The notes beneath the pieces were generated by a model. It had not been told where the DNA came from and did not search any database. It was given only the letters and a program-made list of their open reading frames with translations. Shown here in pieces: positions 29,736-41,401 of a DNA stretch of 64,000 bases. Both the position numbers and the translations under genes were made by a program. The stretch's first letter is position 1. Every line of letters begins with the position of its first letter. The stretch lies in NCBI GenBank assembly GCA_001244265.2, contig CDLV01000008.1, forward strand, positions 992,001 to 1,056,000, read 5' to 3'. Origin of the DNA: Microbotryum violaceum. Lineage: Eukaryota.

Positions 29736-32035
29736 ATGGCTGCACTTCCAAACGACTTCAGTCTCGCGGCCCTCGAATCCGCTTACGGTCAGGGGATCCC
29801 GTGCCCGTCGGACTTCAGTTTCCCCTCACACGTCCTGGACCAATGGACCTCGAAGCAACCCCAAAGCCCGGCTATCATCTGGGCTTCCCCCGATTTCAAA
29901 CAAGAACGTATCGTCAGCTATGAAGAGTTGAGCGATCTGTCCAACCGTGCGGCACTGGCGTTTGAGAAGCATGGGATCAAGAAGGGTGATAAGGTGCTGG
30001 TGCAATTGCCGAGGGTCGCCGAGTCAGTCTTGATCGAGTCACACTCTGGCTTCTTCTTTGTTTCCTATCGCGGGGTTGGGAGCTGATGTGATTCTTTGTA
30101 TTATAGATGGTGGATCATCATCTTTGGTTTGATGCGATTGGGTGCGGTGCCCGCTCCCGGGACATCATTGCTCGTTGCCAAAGGTGGGGCCAAAACCGTT
30201 GTTCGGCCATCCTGCGGGGGAAAACCCTGCAGCATGCAGAGGGTAGGTACTGACGCCGCGGTCCCCTTTCATTCCACTTCAATCAGATCTCAAGTTCCGA
30301 GCCATGAGCTGCAAAGCCACGGCCTTCGTCGGTGACACTGAAGCGTGCTCTCGCTTCCAAGACATCTCAAGCGAGGTCGGCGTCCCGCTCGTCTTCCAGG
30401 TTCGAACTCAGGACGACGGTGACCTGGGCAGTTCGAGGATCGATTTCCAGGATGCAGTGAGCAAGGTCCCAAAGGAAGCCAAATGTGATCACGTGCAACA
30501 TGCTTCGAATGATTTGGCACTTTTATACTTTAGTGAGTTGGCCGGAGCAGCGGAAAAAATTGTCCCAAGTCGCCGGTAGAGGTCTCATCAGAACTGGCTA
30601 TACTATACAGCGAGTGGAACAACCGGTGATCCGAAGATGGTGCTGTTGGAGAACGAATATACTCTCGGGCACACTATCACGGGCGCGTGGTACCAACTAG
30701 CGCCCGGAAAGGGTCAGTATATGTCACCCGTCCTTCGGTCCAGAAATTTCATCCTAGCTGACCCCCACACGCCCGAACTTACTCAGTCTTCGCGAACATG
30801 GCCGACCTGGGCTGGGCCAAAGCTGCGTACTCAACCTTTGGATGCTTCAATCACGGAGCGACCCTCTTTGTCCAACCTCCCCCACCCGGAGCGTTCCACC
30901 CTTCGTCCGTGATCGATATCCTCCATCGCTACCCCATCACCTCGCTGTGTGCGCCGCCGACAATCTACCGCACGCTTGTCACCTCGGCCGCATTGGAATA
31001 CCTCGCTTCGCGCCCCATCAAAGCGCTCGATCATTGCTGCAGTGCGGGTGAACCTTTGAACGCGAGTGTGATCAAGGAATGGAGGGACAAGACAGGGATC
31101 ACGATCAAGGATGCGTGGGGGCAGACCGAGACGGTGATCATGGTCGGGAATTTTGCGGGGGAGAAGGTCAAGGAAGGGAGTATGGGTAAATGCGCTCCGC
31201 ACTTTGTCGTGGGCATCATAGGTCCGAATGGGGAAGAGTTGGAGGACGGTCAAGAGGGAGAACTCGCGGTCAGGACCGACGTTGGCGGTGGCGCCAAGTG
31301 GATCTTCAAAGGTGAGCGTTCTTTGACCGGCGAGACGTGTTCCAGGACCTCCGGGGCACTGACGTCCTCGCGGTTAGCGATTCCACAGGCTACATCAAGA
31401 AGGGCAAAATTGACAAGCGGGAAAAGAAATTTGGAGGCAAGACGTGGTACTGCACCGGAGACCGAGGTGTGCGGGACACGGACAAGTACTTCCACTTTGT
31501 CGGGCGGGATGATGATGTAAGCCTCTGCGTCATCGAACTGTATCCGGTGTCGTTCTGGGATACTGATGGGTTTCGAATCTATTCTCACGGTAGGTCATCA
31601 CCTCCTCCGGCTACCGTATCGGTCCTTTCGAGGTCGAGAGTGCACTCAAGGTAAGCGATCGTGAAGGATGGTGGCTTGTGCACCTGGCTCACATCAGGTT
31701 CGCCATGACCTCTACAGGCTCACCCAGCGGTACTCGAATCTGCCGCCATCGGTTCCCCCGACGAAGCGCGAGGCGAGATTGTGAAGGCATTCGTGATCCT
31801 GAGCGCCGAGTATGCGCACAGGGGTAAATCCGATGGGCCGGACCGCGACGCGCTCGTGCTCGAACTGCAAGACTTCTTCAAGAAGCAAACGGGGCCTTAC
31901 AAGGTACCTCGGGAGATTGAATTTGTGGAGGATCTGCCCAAAACGGTTTCGGGCAAGATTAGAAGAATCGAGCTGAGGCAGGCCGAGTACAAGAAGAAGG
32001 CCCATCTCGTCGCGAAGCAGAAGGCCAAGTTGTAA
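29736..32035 (+). CDS. Medium-chain acyl-CoA synthetase (ACSM-like, AMP-binding), multi-exon
   Basis: YFTSGTTGDPKMV, ADLGWAKAAYS, CAPPTIYR, SAGEPLN, DAWGQTET, TGDRG...[46 protein letters not shown]; ends AKL* (PTS1-like). Confidence 0.93.
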
Positions 32036-33122
32036 AGGCCCGCGACGAGTGAGCGTCAGGCGCGGTCTCGCAATGGAGCAAGTGTAGAGTCAGACTGCCA
32101 GAATGGAAGCCCGGTCAAAGTCAATCCAGGGAGGGTGTACCATGCAACTGTAATTGTTTTCCTCTTCGTCGTGTGACCGTGCAGCCGGCGGGTCTCACTG
32201 GTCTGACTCTGCAGCAATGACCTGCAGCTGGTCGATATTGGGCGTAAGGCGATGCTCAGATCGGAGGCTTAGACCATTTATTTGCACGATAAATCGGATA
32301 CTAGAGAGCTCCGGGCTCCTGTCCGAGCCTAGTAGCTCCAGGATCGTGGTCCAACGCAGACGCAGACAGGGGGTAAGAATAGGTCCTCCGATCGGAGGCG
32401 ATAGGGTTGGATACGAAGATAGCATGTCGTTACATCACCTCTGCAATCCCAAGTCTCTTGTACAGCCGACGGCTACACAATCCTGATCCTCAGGTTCATC
32501 CTCGAGCGCGGATTCTCCGGAAGCAGACAGAACGAGTTCAACTAACTTCTCTTGCGTGGCCGTCGCACCGGGGACAACAAGGATGGCTTGCAGAGCGGCA
32601 ACGATCAGGACCCGACACTAATAACAGCCTTTGAGTGGGGTCTGTGGCAGTCTGGGCCGACCACGGAGATGAGCATATTGTAGTGCCACTGCGCTCGATC
32701 AGTGTGGACAGTGCAGTGTACCCTCGTCGGCTAGCCCGATGTAAAATGAGTACAGGCTGACGCAAACCCCAGGCTGTCTCGGCTGACAATCGACTTTTCT
32801 CATCGCTTACCGGTAGCACCCGCCTCCTTGATATGGACTTGGCCACACGCTCCTCCAGCGATGTGCCAGGAAGAGGCCGGCGCCGGAGTGCGGAAGCATC
32901 ATGACGAGAGCCAACCCGGGCAGGGGCCCGGGGCGGTCGATGCGGCGAGTGCGGCGGATGCTCAGAGACGAGTCTTGCAACGCTCCGGTGATACTTCAGC
33001 CTTATTTAATTACTCTGGGTTGATTTTGGACCCCTCGAGAGCGAGGTCGAGTAAACGGTACGAGGCTGAAAGGACGGCGCTCACTGTGGCCGACCCTGGC
33101 TGACGTTGGCTGCTTCGGACCT

Positions 33123-33272
33123 TGGCCGGTTGCCAAACGCGACCAACGGGCGCACCGAACGAGTCGAAAGGCGAGTGCGGTGTGAACCACTCCCTCTTGC
33201 TAGTAGAACTAACTATATTCGCTCGCAACATCGCCTGTTGCTCGCTCGAAACTCCAGAAATTCTTGCTTTCC
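33123..33272 (+). repeat. Dispersed repeat segment A, copy 1 (inverted copy at 60763-60911)
   Basis: tggccggttgccaaa...gagtcgaaaggcgagtgcggtgtgaa...tcgctcgcaacatcgcctgttgctcgctcgaaactcca...ttgctttcc aligns with the reverse complement of 60763-60911. Confidence 0.92.
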
Positions 33273-34948
33273 GCCTTTCCGCGCCAACAAACCTCTTTCT
33301 CCCCACATTTTCGTTCCAAATCGAAACAAACGAACCCCTCACTGCCTCTCCGGGCCGCTTTTGCTCGCGCCTTCAACGGATGCAGTGTCATCCCTACAGA
33401 CACCTCTTCATAGTACATATCTCCTACAAACCCTTCTAAACGGGACACTGCTTTTCCTGTTCATATGGTTTCAAATGTTTCTTCGTCTGCGGGAGCTCCT
33501 ATGTCGGCTGTGGATAAGCTTTCCGCTCTTCCTTCCATCACGGATTTACGAGCGCCGTTGACCGATGTCGTTAACCCCCTCAACTTTGATCGATGGCGAA
33601 TCGCCTTCGCGTACACTATGGCAACACTTCTTTCGAGCAAATCGCTTTGATCCCGAGCCAGGTTTGACTTCGGCCTCCGTCACCTTCCCAGGGGACCTTT
33701 TACTCCGAGGAACTGTGGTAGTGCTAATCGGTTGCGATTGGAACTTGTGCGCCGAACGCGACAGGAGAGGCGAGAGAGCGACGACGGGGACGGGCCGTAC
33801 GCGAGAGGGGCAAAGCGCGCGCGGGGGAACTGCCGGCGCCGAGATGGGAGAAAGGGGAGGAGAGAGAGTTTGAACGGGGACGGGGACGAAAGACTCGGAG
33901 ACTTGGACGCTTGAACACTTGAACACTTGAATACACACACACACTCAAATTCCCAACAATCCCAACAAATGAAACCGTGAGATCTAACCAGCACCAACCG
34001 TATGGCCTGATTCCTCCTGAAGTGATCTACCTAAGAAAGAGAGCAAACCGAGTCCCGTCGAGCCACAAAAGTCCCCAAGTCCCCCTCGTCCGTTGCGCTG
34101 TCCCGAAGCGGCCCGCCGCCCCCTCTGCTCTGCTACCTCCTACAATTCGCAAGCCTTCCGAGGTACCAGGATTCTCGAACTCGATGATACATGTGATCGC
34201 TGAGATGTTTTGATAAACTAGTTGTACTTGTCCTTCGTTCGATCCTCTGCCTCTTGTACCCGAAGGTGTCGTTCGGACAATCTGAGACTTCTCTCCTTCC
34301 GATGCTTTTGGCGTTCGCGAATGGACTAGGGTAGCCAGAGCCAGGAGTCGACTAGCGCTCGGGGACAGGATCGGAGGTCGTCGCGCGCGCGGGTAGGATT
34401 GCCTCATCCGGCGCCGGGTCAATCGAGTCACAGTTGTCGTCGGTGAGTCGTCGGTCGTGCACAAAGGAGATCCGGCCATCAAAAGCTTGGATCGAGAAGG
34501 TCACACTCGTCGCAAGTGGTGCTGTGGAGGGAGCATGCCGAACCATCGAACACCCGTTTACACCCGTTTAGCGCGGCGGAGCTCGGCAGTCAATTGGATG
34601 CACGATCCGGAGTACCACAGAACCATGTTTTGTTGACGCATCTCGTGAGGCAGCGGCCAACGAACTTCCCCCGTCTCTCTACGCAAGGGGTTGTAAGAAT
34701 CGGTAGTGATATGCTTTCGACTACGACTTTGCCCTCAAGTCGGCTCTCTCCGCTCGAATCCGCTGTCGGTGATCAGGAACGACGCGCACCCGGTCAATCG
34801 TGGACGTGCCTCCGTAAATGTGAAACATGGGATCTCAGGATCGGCCAAAACTCGCTTGGTTTGTGCTGGGGGCCCCGGTGGGGGGCGAGCTCTCCCTTTA
34901 ACCCCCTGTTTCCCCCCTTTCCGGGCCTCGCTCGCGGCGGCGCAGATT

Positions 34949-35022
34949 CCGCCGGTTTCTTCGCGGGGCCGTGTCATGGGAAGTTTGCCCCCCAGCCCAA
35001 ACCAAGCCATTTATTATATATT
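34949..35022 (+). repeat. Dispersed repeat segment B, copy 1 (inverted copy at 60649-60724)
   Basis: ccgccggtttcttcgcggggccgtgtc...agcccaaacca.agccatttattatatatt aligns with the reverse complement of 60649-60724. Confidence 0.9.
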
Positions 35023-35072
35023 CACCATTCAATTCACCATTCATATTCACCATTCATACATATTCACCATTC
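35021..35072. repeat. Imperfect tandem repeat with core TTCACCATTC x4
   Basis: ttcaccattcaa ttcaccattcata ttcaccattcatacata ttcaccattc. Confidence 0.85.
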
Positions 35073-35299
35073 TTCGAACCCACGTCCACCCTTGGGTGAG
35101 TTCCAGGTACAGTGAGTTCTAATTAGCTGTAAGGTATGCGCCTCTGATGTGCATAAAATACAGTCTGTCATTCTTGACCACTAAACTAAAAGCAAGTCGT
35201 AACTAGAACTCGGCAGTTCTAGCTACTCAGAGGCTACTTATAGGGCTGTTCTGTAAGGCATCCCCTATTTTCCCTTCCCTTCCTCTTCTCGTTCCTGTT

Positions 35300-35976
35300 G
35301 CTCGGTTGTTGACTACGCTTCAGCCACTTCTCCTTTTACTCCTAAGCCGTGTGTTGGATTCCGTTGAATGGTTCGTTCGTTCGCGTTGGTCAAGATCTAC
35401 GGCATGGCTCGGGAAGGAAGGTCGCTCGTTTCTGGTCAATATCCTCGCGTCAACGCGAGGCTCGTTTCGTTGTACTGGATCGCTTTTCTCTCGGCCCCGA
35501 CGGCTCAACAGCCAGCACTCGAGATTCAGCCAAGGGAGGACATCAGGCGCTGTCGGGGTGACGAGTAGCTGGGGCTTGGCTGCGGCCTGTTAGTCCCTGG
35601 GGACCTCTACCTCCGGCTTCGACCCCCTCCCTTGGCCCCTCGGGTGTGTTCCCCTCCTCTCTGTCTTAGTATTCCTGGTTCTCCGTATCCCCAGTCGTGA
35701 CTTTCTGTGTACTCTCCCCCTTCTTTCTCTAGGCGCTCTTGCCTGGTTTTCGAGTATCTTCGCTCCCGCTCTTGGGACGTGAAGCGGCAGCAGTACTCAC
35801 CGCCCGTTGGAGTCCGCGGCGTTAGGTGCTCGGCGGGTTTTGATCTGCGCAGCGCTCTTTGCGCGCAGGGGTTTGACTTTCACCCAACTGGTTGCCGTCG
35901 TTGCTTTATAACCTCCTTTAGCTCTTTTTGTAGCGGTCCCAGCCAACCCGAAGGATAGCAATTTATGAGCCCCAGT

Positions 35977-36007
<31 letters not shown>
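35300..36007 (+). mobile_element. Possible 5'-truncated non-LTR retrotransposon 3' end with A30 tail; 5' boundary uncertain
   Basis: Pyrimidine-rich UTR-like stretch ending ...tttatgagccccagtc plus 30 A (35978-36007) in a gene-free, relic-rich interval; no TSD found. Confidence 0.35.
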
Positions 36008-36010
<3 letters not shown>

Positions 36011-37112
36011 CCCGAGCCTATCTGGTGGTCCTCGACCGTGCGGCGGCGCACATCGCCGAGATCGACGATTGTTGGGGCAACGGATTCAGCGAAATGTCGC
36101 CCGTCCTTTGGTACCTGCACCATCTCGATAAAACGTCGGCCGGCTTCAATCCGTTGTACATAACAACATTCGGCCACAAACGCGGCGTTTTTTTTTTGGC
36201 TCCGGTCTATCGACGACTGGCCGAGCGTTAAATCTCCAACCGGCCGAGGTTCAGGTGGTGGCTCCGCCTCTGGAGTGTTTTTCGGCCACAAAAGACGTGC
36301 GGAGTCGGTCAATTCTTGCTGTCGCGGTAGAAGCTGCGCTCTTGGCTATTGCTACCGAAATGGCCTGATATTAGGGGCGAGCAGACCCTCTGCTGACTGT
36401 TGCAGCCCTGATCTGCTCAAGTAGTACGCGAGAGGGCTTGGATTGAATGATTTGACCCCATCTTGCTGAGCCGGCGGCTGTTTCTTGCACCCTCGTGGAA
36501 GTGTAGCGCGCAGAGTTTGGTAGGGTGAGCAGACCGCCGGTAATACTTGCTGTTCCAAGTCTTGGAACAATGCCGCCCGTACCGGTGTCGCGTCGTGTCG
36601 GCACAATCCTCGCGAGGGCGCCGAGAGCGGTCGGAGCGCCGGTCCAGCCCCTGCCGACCACCGCTGCTCCAAGCTCAGGTGATGCATTGGGACGAGAACT
36701 TCGCTGCCGATGAGTCGCCCTCCATATTCCGCCGAGTTCACGCTGAAGAGCTGAGATACCTACCGACATAATCGAGGTTAGCTGCTTATCGAAAGCTATG
36801 TAGCGATTGACATTCAGTGACTCGGCCGACTGCGACTCTTCTGACAGACAGGACCCAATGTCGTTTCCCAAGGCCGACATTGCGTGTAGATTACTTGAGC
36901 CCCTTTGCGACTGCTCAAGCGCTATCGACCTTCACAGACCTAAGCATTTCGTGTGCCTCTACGAACCTTTCAGACTCTCAAAACCCGTAACACGAAAGGG
37001 TATGTGTGAGGAGTTTAATCAGCGAGGCTGGTGCCGTTGAGCGCAAGCGATGAGAGCAGCGAAACGGGTGCTCTAAGAGAGCGAACGTCCGGAGAAAGAA
37101 AAACCCAAGAGG

Positions 37113-37138
37113 TGATATTTGATATCAGATCAATATCA
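37113..37138. promoter_or_regulatory. Palindromic GATA cluster about 1.5 kb upstream of FTR1 (candidate iron-responsive GATA-factor site)
   Basis: TGATATTTGATATCAGATCAATATCA contains several GATA/TATC cores and ATCAGATCA (one mismatch to ATCWGATAA). Confidence 0.35.
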
Positions 37139-38667
37139 TTTCAATTGTTCAGTAATCAATAATCCGCGTTCCGGAGACGAGCCCCTGAACTCTGGACTCT
37201 TCAAATTAAACTTTCTGACCCATCCTTCCCGGAATCAGGAGCCAGGATTTGGGGAAGAACGCGATGGCGGCGACTCGTATGACCGGGGAACAGAACGTCG
37301 GAGAGCGCTCACTAAGATGCGCCCCAGAAATCCACTTCAAGATGGATCTCGATCAAAGGCAAAGCCCAGAAAGGCCACCTCTCGCAGTCACGGCGCACTA
37401 CTTCCCTTCTTCCGGGTTGGTAACGTCGCCACTGCTAGGCTCTGTCGATCTGTCCCGGCCAGCAGGCTAAAATAGCAGACTTCTTCGGGTGCTCGTTCGG
37501 CATGGCTTGACCGTACTTTGCTCTTGTGAAAATAAAATTTGGAACGTTAGACCTTTTTCATTTGATCTTTGTATATGTATGAAGAACATCAACACCACAT
37601 ACCATACCCTTGGCCTAAATTACTCCGACTCGATTCGTTGCCTTTGGACTGTTTGGCGCAGCTTGTGAACGATCCCTCCGCCGCTTGAAGCCTACCGGCA
37701 CGTGCCTGAGTGGTGATGGTATTTCGTGAAAAACGAGGTATCGGAGAAACAAAATGGTCCGCTTAAAACGAAGATATCAGCTACAAGGAGCCTTTGGGGA
37801 TTTCGAGACCCTTACTCGCGATTGCTCCGAGGGGATGGCCCGGTGCCTTTATTCCCTTGTTCCTATATTCCCTTGTTCCTATTGGGCTTTCGGCTCTGGC
37901 TTTTTATCCGGGTGCATCAAGTGAAGACTTGGCGAGATCTTGCCAACGGCTCCTGGACCAACCTCGGGTTGCACTGAGCGACGACCACTCGGGGATCCAC
38001 CGCTGCCCAGTCAAATAGCGCGGGCCTCGGCTGGCCAAAGGCGTAAAGCGCGCATTCGCCCCAGTTGGCCCCTCGGCGCCTCGGCCCTCAAGAGTCCTGC
38101 CGCCGTGAGCTATTTCTCAAGCTGTCTTCCTCTCTCCGCCCACACCGCCAACCTAGGACCAGCAGCAGCTCGGTACTACACTTTTGATCCAGACACTCCA
38201 CATCCCTCGCAACCTCTTCATCCTTCGTCCCTCGAACACGAAGACGCGATCCCTCGTAGTACCCACACCGACCGTTGTTGTCTCGCCCGCAACCCGGCCC
38301 GTGCCGGCGACGGGTCCGCTGTCAGATTAGATCTTCCCGGGCCTGAGTATCTTGCGCGCTTTTTCTGCCGCTTGCGCTTCGCGAGCTCGCCGGACACTTT
38401 CGCGTGCGAAACAAGCTCAGCATCGACTGCGATCCCGCATCGTAGCATACTTGCTCGTGAGTTCGCACGGTATCGAGGGGATGGATCGACGGTCTCGACC
38501 TATGGATCATATCGACCCACGTGCACGTCCTCCCTGCCTGCCGCTAACGCGTTTCCCTCTTTGGTTGTCTTGCCCATCCGCGCATCGACCCATCTCAACC
38601 CGCCCAATCAGATTACGCCCGCCCACACGCACCTGCAGCTAGCTAGCTCTAGCTTTAGGCGCCCACG

Positions 38668-40181
38668 ATGGGAAACGTTTTCAGTGTCCCCATTTTCTTC
38701 ATCGTCTTCCGAGAGGTCATCGAAGCGGCCATCATCATCTCGGTCTTGCTCGGCCTCGTCGAATCCCTGGTCGACAAGCCCGTCAACGAAGGCGATTCGC
38801 TCGACCGCGATGAAGCCGTCAAGAAGCGGCTCGTGAGGCGGATGAGAATACAGATCTGGGCTGGTGCTGCCGTCGGCATGTTCATCGCTCTTTGCATTGG
38901 TGCCGCTTTCATCGCTGTTGTAAGTCTTCTTTCGGCATACCTGCTCGCACAAGAACGAGATTTTTTATTTATTTTGGGTGCCGAGGTCTGCCACTGATCG
39001 CCGACCTCTGGACGTTACGCCTTCCATACAGTTCTTCACGACGCTGAACGATCTCTGGGCTAAGTACGAGGAAATCTGGGAAGGCACCTTCTCCCTTGTT
39101 GCATGGTGAGTATTTCACGTGAACCGAACACTTTTGCCTTATTGCCAGGAGCTGATCCAATCTTCTATTCCGTGTCGTTGCTACCCCTGCAGCCTCATTA
39201 TTTTCATTATGGGTATCACCATGCTCCGCATCGACCGATCCAAGCTCAAGTGGAAACGTAAGCTCGCCAATGCCTTTGACCAAAAATTCGTTGCCGACAG
39301 CGAGGTCGACGTCAAGGACCAGCGAGAGGCACGCAGTGGCAAGTGGTCGCTCTTCCTCTTGCCCCTCATCACCGTGCTGCGAGAAGGTCTCGAGTGCGTC
39401 GTCTTTGTTGGTGGTGTCTCGTTAGGTCAATCGGCCAGGTCGATCCCGCTCGCTGCCATCGTTGGTCTCATTTGTGGTCTTATTGTCGGTTGTGAGTTAC
39501 ATCCCTGGCTGCTTGCGGTGTTTTCCGCACCGGGAACACCTAATCTATCTGACTCGCTCGATCTCGGCAGACTTGATCTACGCTGGTGGATCTCGTTCCT
39601 CACTGTCCGCCTTTCTCGTCATCTCCACCAACATCCTCTTCCTCCTCGGTGCCGGTCTCCTGTCCAAGGGTGTCGGAGCTTTCGAAAGGTATCACTTCAA
39701 CAAGGGTGTCGGCGCCGACGTGTCAGAATCTGGTGATGGTCCCGGTTCTTACTACGTCCCTGGTAATGTTTGGCATCTCGAGTACGGAAACCCTGAGAAC
39801 ACCGCCAACGGTGGGTGGGGTATCTTCAACGCCATTCTCGGTCAGTTTCTTCTCTTCCCTCCTATCCTTCTCGGGCCATGTCGACTGATGTTTATGCTCG
39901 TATTACATACAGGCTGGACCAACAACGCCACGATCGGCACGATCGTCTCCTACTGCCTGTACTGGATCGCCGCCGTCCTCGTCCTCGTCTACATGAAATG
40001 GTCCGAAGGGCGATGCGCCATCTTCCGTCTCGAATCCGCGGCTTACAAGCGAAGGCAACAGGCTCGGTTGGAGAAGGGCAAGTACATTGCCGCGCTCGAT
40101 TCGCCGATGAATAAGGAGGTCGATAGTCTTGAGGGGGCTGGTTCGTCCCAAGAGTCGCTCTCGGCGGTCAAGGTGCAGTAG
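38668..40181 (+). CDS. FTR1: High-affinity iron permease Ftr1, multi-exon
   Basis: MGNVFSVPIFFIVFREVIEAAIIISVLL, YEEIWEGTFSL, LPLITVLREGLECVVFVGGV (two REXXE motifs), GWGIFNAILGWTNNAT. Confidence 0.96.
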
Positions 40182-40457
40182 ATGGGGATTGGTTTGGAGC
40201 AGGAGTCTAGTCCAAGGTTTTGCGAACTTGCCTTCCTCTTCTATTCTATTGTTCCTGAAGGTTTAGTAATTTTTGTTTGGATAGCAGGGTATGACAAAGA
40301 AAAGTCGCAAACGCAAAAATACGTGTTGTGCGCGCCGCCACACAACAATTTCGATCGAATTGTCCCGCATCCGAAACGTTCATCACCACCAGCGCGTTCC
40401 CAATCTGAAGCTCACAGGAAGTAGTCCCACGTCGTATTACTCGATGCCATTTGCGGA

Positions 40458-40891
40458 TCAAATATAAATCCTCATCCCCCTCTTGAGCGGACTATTCGAA
40501 CCAGCTGCAGCTCTTGCGGCCCTGGGGCCGTACTTGAACACCTGAGCGACGACCGAATCAGTCGACGCGCTCGACACGCTCTTGCTCTTCTTCAACGTCG
40601 TTCCGACTGGGCAAGCTGCAAAGACGGAGGTTGATTGAGGGAACACAAGGGGCGTCAGTCAAAGCAGTCGACGAGGACGGGGAAAGGTTCTAGACTCTTC
40701 GAAGAACAAAGTGTTTCGTCGTTGGAGGAGACTGGGAAGTCCGGCAGTTGGGTCTCCTCGAGGCTCCTGGGCTCCCTTCTAGAAGCGGACAGCGGAGAGG
40801 TTCTCCAAGACGGAGTGGAATGTGGCTCACCTGCTTGGACAACGGTCAAGGCGACGCAGAGAGTGAGGAGAAAGGTGATAATGGATCGCAT
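40458..40891 (-). CDS. Small secreted protein, 72 aa, 2 exons (intron 40616-40830)
   Basis: Signal peptide MRSIITFLLTLCVALTVVQA, GTGAGC donor, CTGAC branch, TTGCAG acceptor, in-frame exon 2 ACPVGTTLKKSKS...PLKRGMRIYI*. Confidence 0.6.
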
Positions 40892-41401
40892 CTTGTAGTT
40901 TGGTAAGTGATGGCGGCATGGTTGAGGGTGGCTTTGAGCTTGAGCTGGTCCGAGATGGTCGGACTGAGAGCGGCTTGGCAGCTGGACGCGCGAGTCGTGG
41001 GGGCGAGCCTGCGCTGACCTGCCAGTCTCTGCAGCTCTGCAGACTGCAAGGGCCTGCACTGACTGGAAGTTGACTGGCACTGAGTTCCTTGGCGATCCCT
41101 GCCGCGTCGCGTAGTCTCGCAGAGCCAGGGCAGATGTTGAGTAAAGATCTCGTCGGTGACTTGGTACCTACGAAACAGCAACCCCGTCGAGGTAGTTTAG
41201 CTTAGGAACTTCCCGATTTTTCACTGCTACACCTTGCTAGTAGGCCGATCTTCAGATTTGCAATTTCTCTTCGGATTCACACAGTTGCAAATACAATCGA
41301 CCGACACCAAAAGAAGAAACAACATCCCACGCTTACGAGTGCGCGATTAGCTAGATCCTTGCTAATACGATAATTCGACTGCTCCCACACCCCGCTCCTC
41401 T

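Larger units (their letters stand above)
33123..35022 (+). mobile_element. Degenerate tyrosine-recombinase retrotransposon (DIRS/Ngaro-like) relic
   Basis: Both ends repeat at 60649-60911; VVNPLNFDRW (33567-33596) resembles the pre-RT 'TPLN.D.W' segment; frameshifted H-P-F-R-R-G-G-A (34561-34583) followed by RSGVP resembles the YR HSFRRGGA box. No intact ORF. Confidence 0.45.

Noticed and set aside
36352-36880. 129- and 169-aa minus-strand ORFs
   Set aside because: No recognisable domain or consistent splice structure; likely relic or chance ORFs.
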